From NCBI GenBank assembly GCA_013239625.1, contig MU054096.1:533098-597097 (forward strand): DNA of 64,000 nucleotides, read 5' to 3'. Under the pieces are notes generated by a model. It did not search any database. It worked only from the letters and a program-made list of their open reading frames with translations, and was not told the DNA's origin. Below, one piece after another: positions 12,312 through 24,199 of the stretch (position 1 is its first letter; each line of letters opens with the position of its first letter). The DNA comes from Lama guanicoe (lineage: Eukaryota). The position numbers and the translations under genes are program-made.

Positions 12312-14368
12312 GAGACAGTGTGTTCTTCACAGTACTCACATAACTGGATCGGACCACTAACAGCACCTTCTTGAAGAATGAGACTGAGAAGAGAGTGCCA
12401 TTGGTACTTAGAGTGCGAAGATGCTCACTGCACAGTAATGGTCCCCGGGATGGCTTCCCTTCCACCACCTCACAACGCGGTAAACCCCCTGTTCTCCTTG
12501 GGTGATATCTCCTACTTCTCAAGGTTCCTCCTCTAAGCCTCAGGTTTCTTGTGTCTGGAATGTCAGTAATTCTGGTTAAAGGTATTAAATCAGGACATTG
12601 CTGGATCAGACATTTGGGGGATATTTGGAAGACAGGAGCAGAGGCAATTTCTTGATGGAAAAATCGAGGCATGAACCAGTCATCCCAAGTTGTGCGCTGA
12701 GAAAGGGGACCTGGCTGGGGCGGTACAACCCTTCTCAGTGGAAGTCCTGCAATGGCTGAGTCACATGAGGATCCCTGAGATCATTAATCAAGGGACCATG
12801 GACAGTTTGGGCAGCTGATGGCTACCCCATTCATCTCCTGATATTTAGCACTTGGCGGTGGTTTTGTGCCCAGGTTAAAATTACAAAAATGGTCTCTGAA
12901 TGAATCAGGGGCCAGTTTTGAGAATGAAAAGTGAGCATTGAAACATGTGAGAAAAGAGGACTGCAGCCCTGAATTTGGGTGTCAAATAGAAAGGCATCCC
13001 CTGCAGCTTCAGTGCTAAGTATTAAAGCACACTGCCTCCCAAATCTGGCACTGTGAGCAGAGGTCCCATGCTCTTGGCCCCCATCCCAAGAGAGGACCAT
13101 CCTGGTCATTCTCTGCCCACTGGACAGAGCCATCCCAGTGAGAGCAGAGCCCCATTGCAGACCTAAAACTTCATCTATATTGAGACAAACTCCTATTAGC
13201 TACTAATTACTCCAGGCTTCAATTTATAAAACCAAATGGACAAGCAAGAATCACAACCATTTGAGAGAAATGAATCGCAAATAAAAATTTAAAATCTGGA
13301 ACCAAAATAATTCTAGGGAGAACGGAAGAAATAAAAGTATACCAATCACCTATTGGAAGGATATGGGCGATCAAATTGATTTATTCTGAACAATAGGAAA
13401 ATGTGTGTAAAGACATTAAAAATCTGTGGTTAAACGTGAGCTAACTAGAAACAAGATGTACAGCTTCCAAAATGCTAGAAGCAAAGAACAGCCCCAAACC
13501 AGAAAAGGAACAAAGAAAATCCAGCCAGTCCAGTGATGGGAGTGAGAAGGTCACAGCAAACAGAGAGGGAAAAAAGATCAAACACACGTGTCATCACAGG
13601 AAAAGCCAAGTGCTCGAACTTCCCCATCGAAAGACACAAACTTTCAGATTAAGCTTTAAAAGATAAAAGCTGTGTACCTGTGGTTTCTAAGGGAACTACC
13701 TTAAAACTGATTTGAAGATGGAAAGGATGGAGACTTATAAACATGTACCAAGCAGAGGATGGAGACAGGATCATTTTCATCATAAGAATCCAATGTATTG
13801 ACACGTGTCCACAGGAAGCACAGAAGCAACGAAATGTGTAGAAGATCAGATAAAACCCAGCCACCTGAATGTTCTGACTTTGCCTCAGGACTTACAAGGA
13901 ACTTTAAAAGAAGTACACGCCTCATCCTGGGGTCGATCCAGATACATGGTCAGCCTGTTTTCTTTATAGAAATGCAGCAAGATGGTCCCCCTGCTCCCCC
14001 ACAGCTGTGCCTGTCTGAAGCATTCACAATCACTGGGCTTCCCAGACAGCCCACTTAGCAGAAGCCAAGGGAAGTGCTTTTAGCAGCTGGGTCCCCAAAC
14101 CCGGGCCATGGTCTCACTGTAGCTCGTCAACCCTGAAGTGGGAGGCAGGGACTCGGGATTTTGGTTATACTCTCCATTGTCTGCCTTTTACTGTCAGAGC
14201 TACTGTTGTTGTTGAGGGTGACATCTGAGCAGGCTTCTGACACTGGGGAGAGAGAGAAGACTTCCGCCCTTCCGGAATGACAGGGTTTCTCAGAGGGAAT
14301 GACATTTCCTCTTTTTCTAAGACTCTTGGACCCTTCCACAGAAAATTTCCATTAACCCAAGACATTCT

Positions 14369-14916
14369 TTTTTTTTTTTAATTTATTGAAGTATAGTCAG
14401 TTACAGTGTGTCGATTTCTGGGATACAGCATCATGTTTCAGTCATAAATATACATACATATATTCCTTTTCATATTCTTTTTCATGATAGGTTATTATAA
14501 GATATTGAATATAGTTTCCTGTACTGTACAGTAGAAACCCGTTGTTTATCTATTTTATATTTAGTAGTTAGAATCTGCAAATCTCAAACTCCCAATTTAA
14601 CCCTTCCCACTCCCTTTCCCCTGGGTCGCCATAGGTTTGTTTACTATGTCTGTGAGTCTGTTTCTGTTTTATAGATAAGTTCATTAGTGTCTTCTTTTTT
14701 CTTTTCTTTTCTTTTTTAGATTCCACATATGAGTGATATCATATGGTATTTTTCTTTCTCTTTCTGGCTTACTTCACTTAGAATGACAATCTCTAGGTCC
14801 ATCCATGTTGCTGCAAATGGCATTCTTTTATTCCTTTTCATGGCTGAGTAGTATTCCATTCTATAAATATACCACAGCTTCTTTATCCAGTCATCTGTTG
14901 ATGGACATTTAGGTTG
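14369..14916 (-). mobile_element. Young 5'-truncated L1
   Basis: Perfect 19-bp TSD cattaacccaagacattct (14350-14368, 14917-14935); encodes L1 ORF2 C-terminus QPKCPSTDDWIKKLWYIY...SLICGI*. Confidence 0.95.
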
Positions 14917-15120
14917 CATTAACCCAAGACATTCTATTTGAGAGTCATCACTCTGTAAATCAAACAGTTTGAAAAAAAGTTGTTATTGGACAGATGTCAG
15001 TATATTTTTTGAGTAGTTAATGTACTAAGATACTAGGTTGGAATTCTGGATCTATGTCTTATTAGATCTGCAACCTTGTATAAATTGCTTTAGTTCTTTG
15101 TGACTTAGACTTGTTTTTCC

Positions 15121-16432
15121 TCTTAGCAACTTTCAATGTGCAATACAGTATTATTAACTATAATCACTGTGCTGTATATTACATCCCCATGACATTTATT
15201 TATAGCTGGAAGTTGGGACCTTTTGACCCCTTTCACCCATTTCACCCACCCCTTGCCTCTGGCAACCACCAATCCATTCTCTGTATCTATGCACTTACTT
15301 GGTTTTTCGTTTGTTTGTTTTGTTTTGTTCTGTTTAAATTTTTAATGGAGGTACTGGGGGTTGAATCCAGGAAATCATGCATGCTAAGCATGCACACTCT
15401 ACCATTGAGTTACACCCATCCCCTGTTTTATTTTTTATATTCTACGTGTAAGTGAGATCATATGGTATTTATCTTTCTTTCTCTGACTTATTTCACTGAA
15501 TATAATGCCTTCAAGATCCATCTATGTTGTTGCAAATGGCAGGATTTCATTCTTTTTACAACTGAGTTTTATGTATCTCACATCTTCTTTATCCATTCAT
15601 CCATCAATAGACACTTATGTTGTCTTTATATCTTGGATATTGTAAATAATGCTGCGATGAACATAGGGGTGCGTATATATTTCTGAGTTAGCATTTTCAT
15701 TTTCTTTAAGTAAATACACAGAAATGGACTTGCTAGATCATATGGTAGTTATATTTTTTATTTATCAGGAACCTCCACACTGTTTTCTATAGTGGCTGCA
15801 TCTATTTGCATTCCCATTAACAGTGCACAAGAATTTCAGTGTCTCCATCCTCAACAACATTTGTTATTTCCTGTCTTTTTGATGGATAGTGGCCACTGTA
15901 ACAGGTATGAGGTGATATCTCACTGTGGTTTTGATGTATATTTCCCTGACGATCAGGGATGTTGAGCATCGTTTCACGTGCCTGTTGGCTGTCTGCATAT
16001 CTTCTTTGGAAATTGTCTATTCAGGTCCACTGTTCAGTTTTTCATTGGATTCTTTGGGTTTTGGCTGTATGAATTCTTTATCGAGTTTGAATATTAACCC
16101 CTGTCAGGCACACAGTTTGCAAATATTTTCTCCCCCTCCGTAGGCTGCCGTTTCATTTGTTGACGATTTCCTTTGTGGTGCAGAAGCTTTTTACTTTCAA
16201 GTCATCTAACTTATTTTTGCTTTTGTTGCCTTTGCTTTTCGAGTCAGATCCAAAACATCACCACCAAAGTCAATGTCAAGGAACTTGTTGCCTGTTTTGT
16301 TGTTTTATGGTTTCAGTTCTACCCTTCAGGTCTTTAATCCATTTTGAGTTACTTTTTGTGAATGGTGTAAGATAGTAGTCTAGTTTCATTTTTTTGCTTG
16401 TGGCTGTCAGTTTTTCCAAGATCACTTATTGA
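15121..16432 (-). mobile_element. Older L1 (L1MA/MB-like) 3' region, interrupted by a SINE
   Basis: Antisense ORF2 end and UTR (ggtatgaggtgatatctcactgtggttttgat, tttgcaaatattttctccc, ggtctttaatccattttgagt). Confidence 0.85.
15296..15423 (-). mobile_element. tRNA-Ala-derived SINE (Vic-1-like) nested in L1
   Basis: atggaggtactgggggttgaatccagg...catgcatgctaagcatgcacactctaccattgagttacaccc. Confidence 0.9.
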
Positions 16433-17089
16433 ATTTATTTGCTGGTTCTTTGTACTTACAATGGGATGATAATAGCATATACCCATGGGCCAGTTGAGAG
16501 ACTCAAATGAGACAACGCAGTAAAGCATTTCACGAAGCCCTGGTATGTGGCAAGTGCTTGATCCTGTGCACTGGTTTTCCTTATTGTCTCATTCATACCC
16601 TATTATGCTTTCACTTCCATTCAGGCAGAGTCACCATTTCACGAGCACACAGTGCTAGCAAATGAAAGCAGTCGGCAAGGTAACAGTTGGCCACCCAGGA
16701 GGGAGAGACCAGATGGCCTGGTTACATTTACAGACACACACCAGGGAAAGCAGGGCTACTGTGGGTGAAGTAGTTTGAAAATACACTAAATCAGAAACCA
16801 GAGGACAAGCTTACTACCTACCACAGGCTGTTGGGTTAACTGAGGGGGCGTAGCTGGGAATCAGATCCAAACTGGAATCAGTCTAGATTCCTAAGGCTTA
16901 AACTAATCTAGATGGAAAAGAACAACCCCTCCCTTTCTGTCAGGCTAATAATTCAAGTTCAGATCCAAAACGGAAAATTGCATCATCTATAAATTCTCCC
17001 GGAAACATGTCTCTTAATAGAATCTTCCCAACCCTCCTGACCCATCCACTCCATTTTTTTTTTTTTTTTTTGGTTCAGACTTGCTCTGT

Positions 17090-19420
17090 GACCTGGGATG
17101 TAGAAATTAGAGAGGTTATCCCTGCTAACTTAACAACATCAACAAAAAAAAAAGCTGAATAAATTACAAAATCAGAATGTTTGTTGAGTGCTTCAGATTA
17201 TAGAGGTTGTAGGGCAAAGAAGTAGCCTGATACCGCAGGAAAGAGAGGCTTCTCCAGGGAAAAGTTGGAGGAGAGCTTTGACTCATTTGTAGCACAAGAT
17301 GAAGTGAAGCCACTGGGTACCATACAAGCAGGTATAGAGAATTCAGCTAAAATTCTTAACCAATTGCTGAAGATGGAGGAAGGTCAATCATGACAGCACA
17401 GAACCTCTGGGATACCTAGACATAGGAGGAATTTCCACTGGCTCACCGGGTTTTCTCCACTGCCAAACACTCAAGTGAAAGGCCAAGAAGGTTGCAGCTG
17501 CTGCTGGAGAGAAAAAAAAAAAGACATATTTAAACTCAAACTGCTGAAAGTCAATGATAAAGAGGAAATCTTGAAGGGAGTCAGAGGAAAAAGAAAAATA
17601 TACACATCACTTTCCAAAAAACCAAGATGAGAATGGAATTATGGCAGACTTCTTGACCAACTCTATGCCAGCCAGAAGACAATTAAGTGACATCTTTAAA
17701 ATACTAAAAGCAAAAATGACTCAATCAGTAGCCTGTATCCAGTGAAAATATCTTCAACAATGAGGGCAAAATGAAGACTTTTTCAGACAAATAAAATCAG
17801 AGAGCTTTTATTATCAACAGTCTGGTTTTACATAAAATATATGAGAAATTCTTCAGCCAAAAGGAATAAGGTGCCAGACAGAAACTTGGATCTCTCTAAA
17901 GAAATGAAGAGCTCTGAAAATGGTTAAAATATAAATGTAAATATTTTAAAAACATATTTTACTATTCTTAATCATTCTAAAAAGATAATTTAGTGCAAAA
18001 AATAGCAGCAACATATTGTGGGTAAATAGTATATGTAAAAGTAAAAATAAATGTCATCAATAGCACAAAAAGGGAAGGGAAGAAATGAAAATAAAGTTCT
18101 GGTGAAGTAATATTATGTTATTTGAGAATAAACTTTTAAATGGCTATAATGATATCCAACAAAGCAAACTTCAGAACAAGGAAGATTTTATCAGAAATAA
18201 AAAGGGCAAGATCATAATAATAAAGGATTCAATTTTCCAGAAAGACAGAACAACCCTAAATGTGTAAGCACCTAACAACAGAGCTTCCAAATTCATAAAG
18301 CAAAAGCGATATAATTAAAAAGAAAAATCGGCAAATCAACAATCATACTTAGAGACCTCAACACTCCACTCTTATTAATAGATAAAATACACAAACAGAA
18401 AATCCGCAAGTATATAGAGGATCCGAACCACAGTACCACCCACAAATTTAACTGAACGGGCATTTATAGAACACTCTACCCACAATGGTGGAATACACCT
18501 TTTTATGTACACATGAAACACTCACTAAGATAGATCACATTTTAGTCATAAAACAAACTTTAGCAAATTTAGAAGAATTGAAATCATACAAAATATGTTG
18601 TCTGACCATCACAGAATTAACTTAGAAGTCAGGAACAAAAAGATATCTGAAAATTGCATAAATATTCAGGAACTAAGCAGTAATTAATAGGGAAATGTAA
18701 ATTTAAACCACAATGAGATACTGCTACATATCTGTTAGAATGACTACAGTTTATTTTTAAAATTTTACAATGGAATTCTCATAAGTTGCTACTGTTTGAA
18801 AAGAATATGGCCCTTTCTTAATTAAAATACACATTTATCTTCTATATAACTCAGTAATTGGCACAGAGAAACCAGTACATGTATGTTTATAGGGGCTTTC
18901 TTCATTATTGCCAAAAACTGTAAACAAGTCAAATATCCTTCAACTAGTGAATGAATAAACAAGCCATGGTTTATTCATATAATGGAATACTGCCCAGTGG
19001 TAAAAATTCACAAATCAGTGACACACATAATAATATGGATAAATCTCAAAAGCATTATGCTAAGTAAACGAAGAAAATCTTGAAAGACTAATAGTCTGTA
19101 TGAATCCATTCACACAACATTGAAAGGGCACAGATGGAGAGACAGAAGATAAATCAGTGGTTGCTTGAGGGCTGGGCATGTGGGGAGTGGGATTTGATTT
19201 GTTTACAGTTTGGGGGAATAATGAAAAAAATCCCCTGTAAACATACATGTACATTTTGTTCTATTTGTGGGGATTACTGAGTTATGACATGTATTTTACT
19301 TTATAAGAAAGTGCCTACATGTTACATGACTGTGTTCATCAAAGCTGATAGAAATGTACACTGAAAGGGATAAATTTTACCCTGTGTAAATTACACCTTA
19401 TTAAACCTGACTTTAAAAAC
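17090..19420 (+). mobile_element. Ancient L1M with ORF1 remnants, ORF2 endonuclease remnants and 3' end
   Basis: ORF1-like at about 17520-17900; EN-like ctaaatgtgtaagcacctaacaacagagcttcc / gagacctcaacactccact at 18140-18670; 3' UTR to about 19420. Confidence 0.8.
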
Positions 19421-20271
19421 AGCTTATACTTAGATGACCATGCTAGGTCAGTCCACTATCTCCACATAATTCCTCTTCAGTCTGAACTCCACACCTCTAT
19501 GGTATCAGTGGGTTAGATATAAAACTTGGCCCAAGGAAACATCAAATTTAATTATCTCACTTCCCTCTGATAGAGTTGTAGACAGACCACCCTTCATGGT
19601 GGAGGAAATGATATCGTATCAACAAGCTGTGAATAGTGGGGATCAAATGAGATGCTGGATCTTGAAGTCTGATGGGTCCCTAGGAAAGAAACAGCTGGAC
19701 AAAACCAACTGCATCAAAATTGTGCCTGTGTTGGCCCTTCTGAACATCCTTTGTAGAATCATAAAGTGGTACATTAATGGAAAAAGCTGGTTTCATAGGG
19801 TATCCCCCAGCAATCTTCAATTTATGTTGTTGGAACATTTTTGTCAGAGTTGGTTTCTTTACACCAGCCTAGGCAGAAACTCCCTTGTGGCAAGAGTTCT
19901 AAATTCATGCAAGCTCAGAAAGTTTGGTGACACATTCTCTGGAGAATTTCAAAACTGAGGCTTCATTATTATGTAATAAACATATCCTCTCTAATTTCTG
20001 TAGTAAGCTTCTTTCAAATTCTGCGTGTCTTATGTTAATGTTTCTGATTAGTCTCCAAAACACCCGCTTCCAAGGAGGAAAAAAAAAAAAAGCCTACATC
20101 ACCATTTACCACATGTAAAAGTTAAACCAGTGATAAGAGTGGGTTCTTAATTGTCTCTCAAACCCAATTAAAGAATATGGCCACATTTAGAAGAAAAGAT
20201 GACAGAGGCTGGGATTTATTTTGGAAATCCTCTAGTAAGGGTCAGAATCATGTGCATGGTAGGAATTGATT

Positions 20272-20362
20272 AAGATAAACTTAACAAGGCTGTTCGAAAC
20301 AAATGGCATCTCTTTCTCACTGGAAGCCATTTGTTTTCGAACAGCCTCATTCATTTTATCTT
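20272..20362. other. 91-nt inverted repeat / hairpin
   Basis: aggctgttcgaaacaaatggc (20287-20307) pairs with gccatttgttttcgaacagcct (20326-20347); outer aagataaa / tttatctt extend the stem. Confidence 0.85.
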
Positions 20363-20772
20363 CTGAAAAGAACTTGGCCGTCAAATTTATATCAAATACC
20401 AGGAGGCTGTCTTGGTTTTGAAAGGTGTCTGAGTCACTTAAGAATCACAGAATTCTGTGCTTGAGGAAGACTTTCTTTGGTGTTGAAAGATGTCTGAGTC
20501 ATTTAGGATATGTAGAAGGATGGCACCCTGCCAGCTCGTGGGTTATCTAAATCGGAGCAGCCCAAAGTTCATGTTGGCTGTTTGCATTAATCACCATAAT
20601 TTGACTAACAAGCCTGACATGACAGCTCCGCATTAGGAGGGCACCAAGGCCACAAACTGAACAAAGACGACAAGAAAAAGGGAGGGTGGTGAGGCAGAAA
20701 TCCCCTGTTCCCCTCCACGGTAGTTGAGAATTTCCAAAGTTGATGATAGGAAAAAGAATTTCCAATTGTTGA

Positions 20773-21011
20773 TGTCGGTAAAGACATCAACAGTCTGGGC
20801 CGAAGGGAAGCCCAGGTGGAAGGAGGACAATTCCAGCTTCCTACTCTCTTGGTCATGTTTTCTTCCTACAAGTGTCGGTAAAGACATCAACAGTCTGGGC
20901 CGAAGGGAAGCCCAGGTGGGAAAGACATCAACAGTCTGGGCCGAAGGGAAGCCCAGGTGGGAGGAGGACAATTCCAGCTTCCTACTCTCTTGGTCATGTT
21001 TTCTTCCTACA
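20773..21011 (+). repeat. Nested tandem duplication (100-bp period with an internal 41-bp duplication)
   Basis: 20773-20870 is repeated from 20873; the 41-mer starting aaagacatcaacagtctgggccgaaggg occurs at 20780, 20880 and 20921. Confidence 0.95.
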
Positions 21012-22541
21012 GATCTCAGCCGCCTCCCCTCTGACTTTGGCTACAACCACGCCTGGACTTCAGGGTACCTCGACCTCCATTGCTGGGCTGATCAAGAGGT
21101 CAAACTGGGCACTTTGGACTTTGACTAGTCAGATTTTGTGATTTTCTGTTAAAAAAATGTAATTCTTCTACCTCCAAGAACTAGGTGAGAATAGACTTTT
21201 CTCTTTTAGGATTTTGGCAAAACAAGAATGAATGGAAGTCAAGCTGCACCCCACCACCACTTCCAATTCACACTCATCCAAAGGCATAAAGAGACAGGAC
21301 CTTGATGAGCACAGATTACTTCTTTCTGAAAGACCTAAAGTCAAGCAATCAATTATTAATCTGCTTCCTAGGCAAGACTCTTTACTCACCCACAGTTTTT
21401 CAACTCAGTCTTGCCTCTTCCAGTTTGCGGGAAGCACATTATCTGGCCAAGTGTAATGGCTGTACCTTTAATGAAGGAGGCTTCTTTCCAGTGAACAACT
21501 CAACCTACCGGTCATGACCACATACCTCCCTGCAGTCAAGTACTTTTTCCAAAAACTCCCTCCCAGTTCCTAAACTGAGTTCCCCATAATACTACTTTAT
21601 GAGAATCCTTTTTCAGCAAAAGTAAACAAAAAGCTGGCTCCTCTGAACCTCTTGTATGTTGGTGCACCGTGAAGTTTCCACATGCAAACATGGTATGCAT
21701 GGTTTCCCAAACTTACTCGACAAAGGAACCCTTTTAATTCTCTCACCCATGACATCTGTTGTTCCATATTGCAGTTTGCGAATTTCTGTCAACCTCCTAA
21801 ATTAATTTCCCTTCCCACTAACAGGAGAGACAACTGCTCATTTGAAAAACCCAACACTGTATTTCACATTCTCTGGTCAGAATCCCACCTCCAGCTCTGA
21901 AATCATATGCTGAACAGGTGTAATTGATACAGTTCCTCTTGCCTGAGTTTACAATGCTAAATCTGGCTGATTATATCCTAACATTTGATTTCTAAAAACA
22001 AGGAAATAGAGTGATGTACTCCTCTTTCAATTGCCACTTGAATCTTCCTTCAGTCTTTCTTTTTAAGCACAAAAGATTCAGATTGGGAGATATATGTATT
22101 TAAGTCAGAAGATTCTGTACATATTTTGGCTTTTTTTTCTTGAAGTGTGGGTTCTTAGCATTTGGAAGAAAACAAAGATCACTGAGGGTGGGAAGAGGTG
22201 TCTCATATTTTCACAGAGATTTCAAAGCTTGAGTCATCCTTGTCATTTTCAGACTCAACTGCCCAGAGCTGAGTCAAAAGGGTGGGGTAAGGTGGGGGTG
22301 AAACTGAGCTTTGAAATCAGTCCAACACCCTGTGACATCACCCATGGAGGCTCCTTCGTTCATTATCACCTCATACACCTTTTCTCGTTCCTTCCCGTGG
22401 CTCCCTCGGTAAGAGTAAGCTCGGCTCTGTTTATTTCCCAAGAATGTCTTCTCCTCTTAGAGACAATGTGCTTACTAGGAAAATAACTCCAGATATTTGG
22501 ACGTACATAGGCTGGGACCCAAATATCCTGAAGTCCCAGTA

Positions 22542-23019
22542 CCAACGACCCCTGACCTATGACGATTTGACATGATTTCTCACCTTTACGATGATGTAAA
22601 AGTGATACACATTCAGTAGAAACTGTACTTTGAATTTGAATTTTGATCTTTTCCAGGCTAGAGATACGTGGTGTGATGCTCCTGTGGGGCAGGGCAGCTG
22701 CAGCTCCCAGTCAGCGCCTGATCACGGGGGCAAATGATCAACACACTCACAACCATCCTGGACCCAGATAGTCACTCTGTTTTTCACTTTCAGTACAGTA
22801 ATCAATAAATTACATGAGAGATTCTATGAAAACTAAAAATAAACTTACCCTATGATTTAGCAATTCCACTCCTAGGCAAATCTCTGGAGAAAATTCTAAT
22901 TCAAAAAGATACATGCATCCCAATGATCACAGCAGCACTATTTATGATAGTCAAGATATGGAAACAACCTAAATGTCCATCAACAGATGACTGGATAAAG
23001 AACTTATGGTATATATACA

Positions 23020-23081
<62 letters not shown>

Positions 23082-23808
23082 ACCACACACGTATTATATA
23101 TATTATTATAATTATATATTATATATACATATATATAACAGAATACTACTAAGCCATCAAAAAGAATAAAACAATGTCATTTGCAGCAACATGGATGGAC
23201 CTGAAGATTATTATTCTAAGTGAAGTAAGTCAGAAAGAGAAAGAAAAATGACAGACTGTATCACTTACATGTGGAATGTAAAAAAAAAAAAGACACAAAT
23301 GAACTTATTTACAAAACAGAAATAAACTCACAGACATAGAAAACAAACGCTATTACCAGGGGGTAAGGTGGGTGGGAAGGGATAAATTGGGAGTTCAGGA
23401 TTTGCAGATACTAACTACTGTACATAAAATGGGTAAACAGGGTCCTACTGTACAGCACAGAAAACTATATTCAATACCTTGTAATGGCCTAAAATGAAAA
23501 GGAATACATATGTATAAATGTACAACTGAAACATTATACACAAGAAATCAACACAACATTGTAGATAGACTATGCTTCAATTTTAAAAATTACATGAGAT
23601 ATTCAACACTTCATCATAAAACAGACTTTGTGATAGATGCTTTTGTCCAACTGTAGGCTAATGTAAGTGTTCTGAACATGCCTATAGACAAGGCTAGACT
23701 ATGATGTTTGGTAAGTTAGGTGTATTAAATGCATTTTCCATTTATAGTATTTTCCACATATGATGGGTTTATCAGGACATAACCTCATTGTACGTTGAGG
23801 AAGATCTG
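22542..23808 (-). mobile_element. MER47/Tigger5-family DNA transposon, split by an L1
   Basis: TA flanks (22540-22541, 23809-23810); ggtaagttaggtgtattaaatgcattttc...gatgggtttatcaggacataacc...gaggaagatctg matches the recalled MER47 terminus. Confidence 0.8.
22820..23586 (+). mobile_element. Young L1 3' end containing a (TA)n(CA)n microsatellite
   Basis: TSD aaattacatgaga (22807-22819, 23587-23599); ORF2 end interrupted by a TA/CA expansion at about 23010-23140. Confidence 0.9.
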
Positions 23809-23850
23809 TATGGGACAGTAGTCAGCTCATTAAAAGATTGATCATTCTTT

Positions 23851-24092
23851 TTTTTTTAATGAAAGCATTTTTTTATTGAGTTATAGTCAGTTTACAATGT
23901 TGTGTCAATTTCTGGAGTACAGCACAGTGCTTCAGTCATACATGTATATACATATATCCATTTTCATATTTTTCACCGTGAGCTACTACAAGATCTTGTA
24001 TAGATTTCCCTGTGCTGTACAGTATAAACTTGTTTATCTGTTCTATATATACCTGTCAGTATCTGCAAATCTCGAATTCACAGTCTTCCCTT
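23851..24092 (-). mobile_element. Short young L1 3' end
   Basis: TSD aagattgatcattcttt / aagactgatcattcttt (23834-23850, 24093-24109). Confidence 0.9.
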
Positions 24093-24199
24093 AAGACTGA
24101 TCATTCTTTATTCTTATACCTCTTAGAGTCATTGTGTGGAAGGAGTAAGTTAGTACACGAACAATTTGAAGAGGCCAGCACAGAGGAAATGCTACCTCC

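Noticed and set aside
20412..21011. Direct repeats with spacers, superficially CRISPR-like
   Set aside because: Only 2-3 copies, no series of unique equal-length spacers, no cas genes, and mammalian context.
20724..21128. 134-aa ORF with an internally repeated peptide
   Set aside because: Its length and repeat come from the tandem duplication; only 21013-21128 is retained, as a speculative exon.
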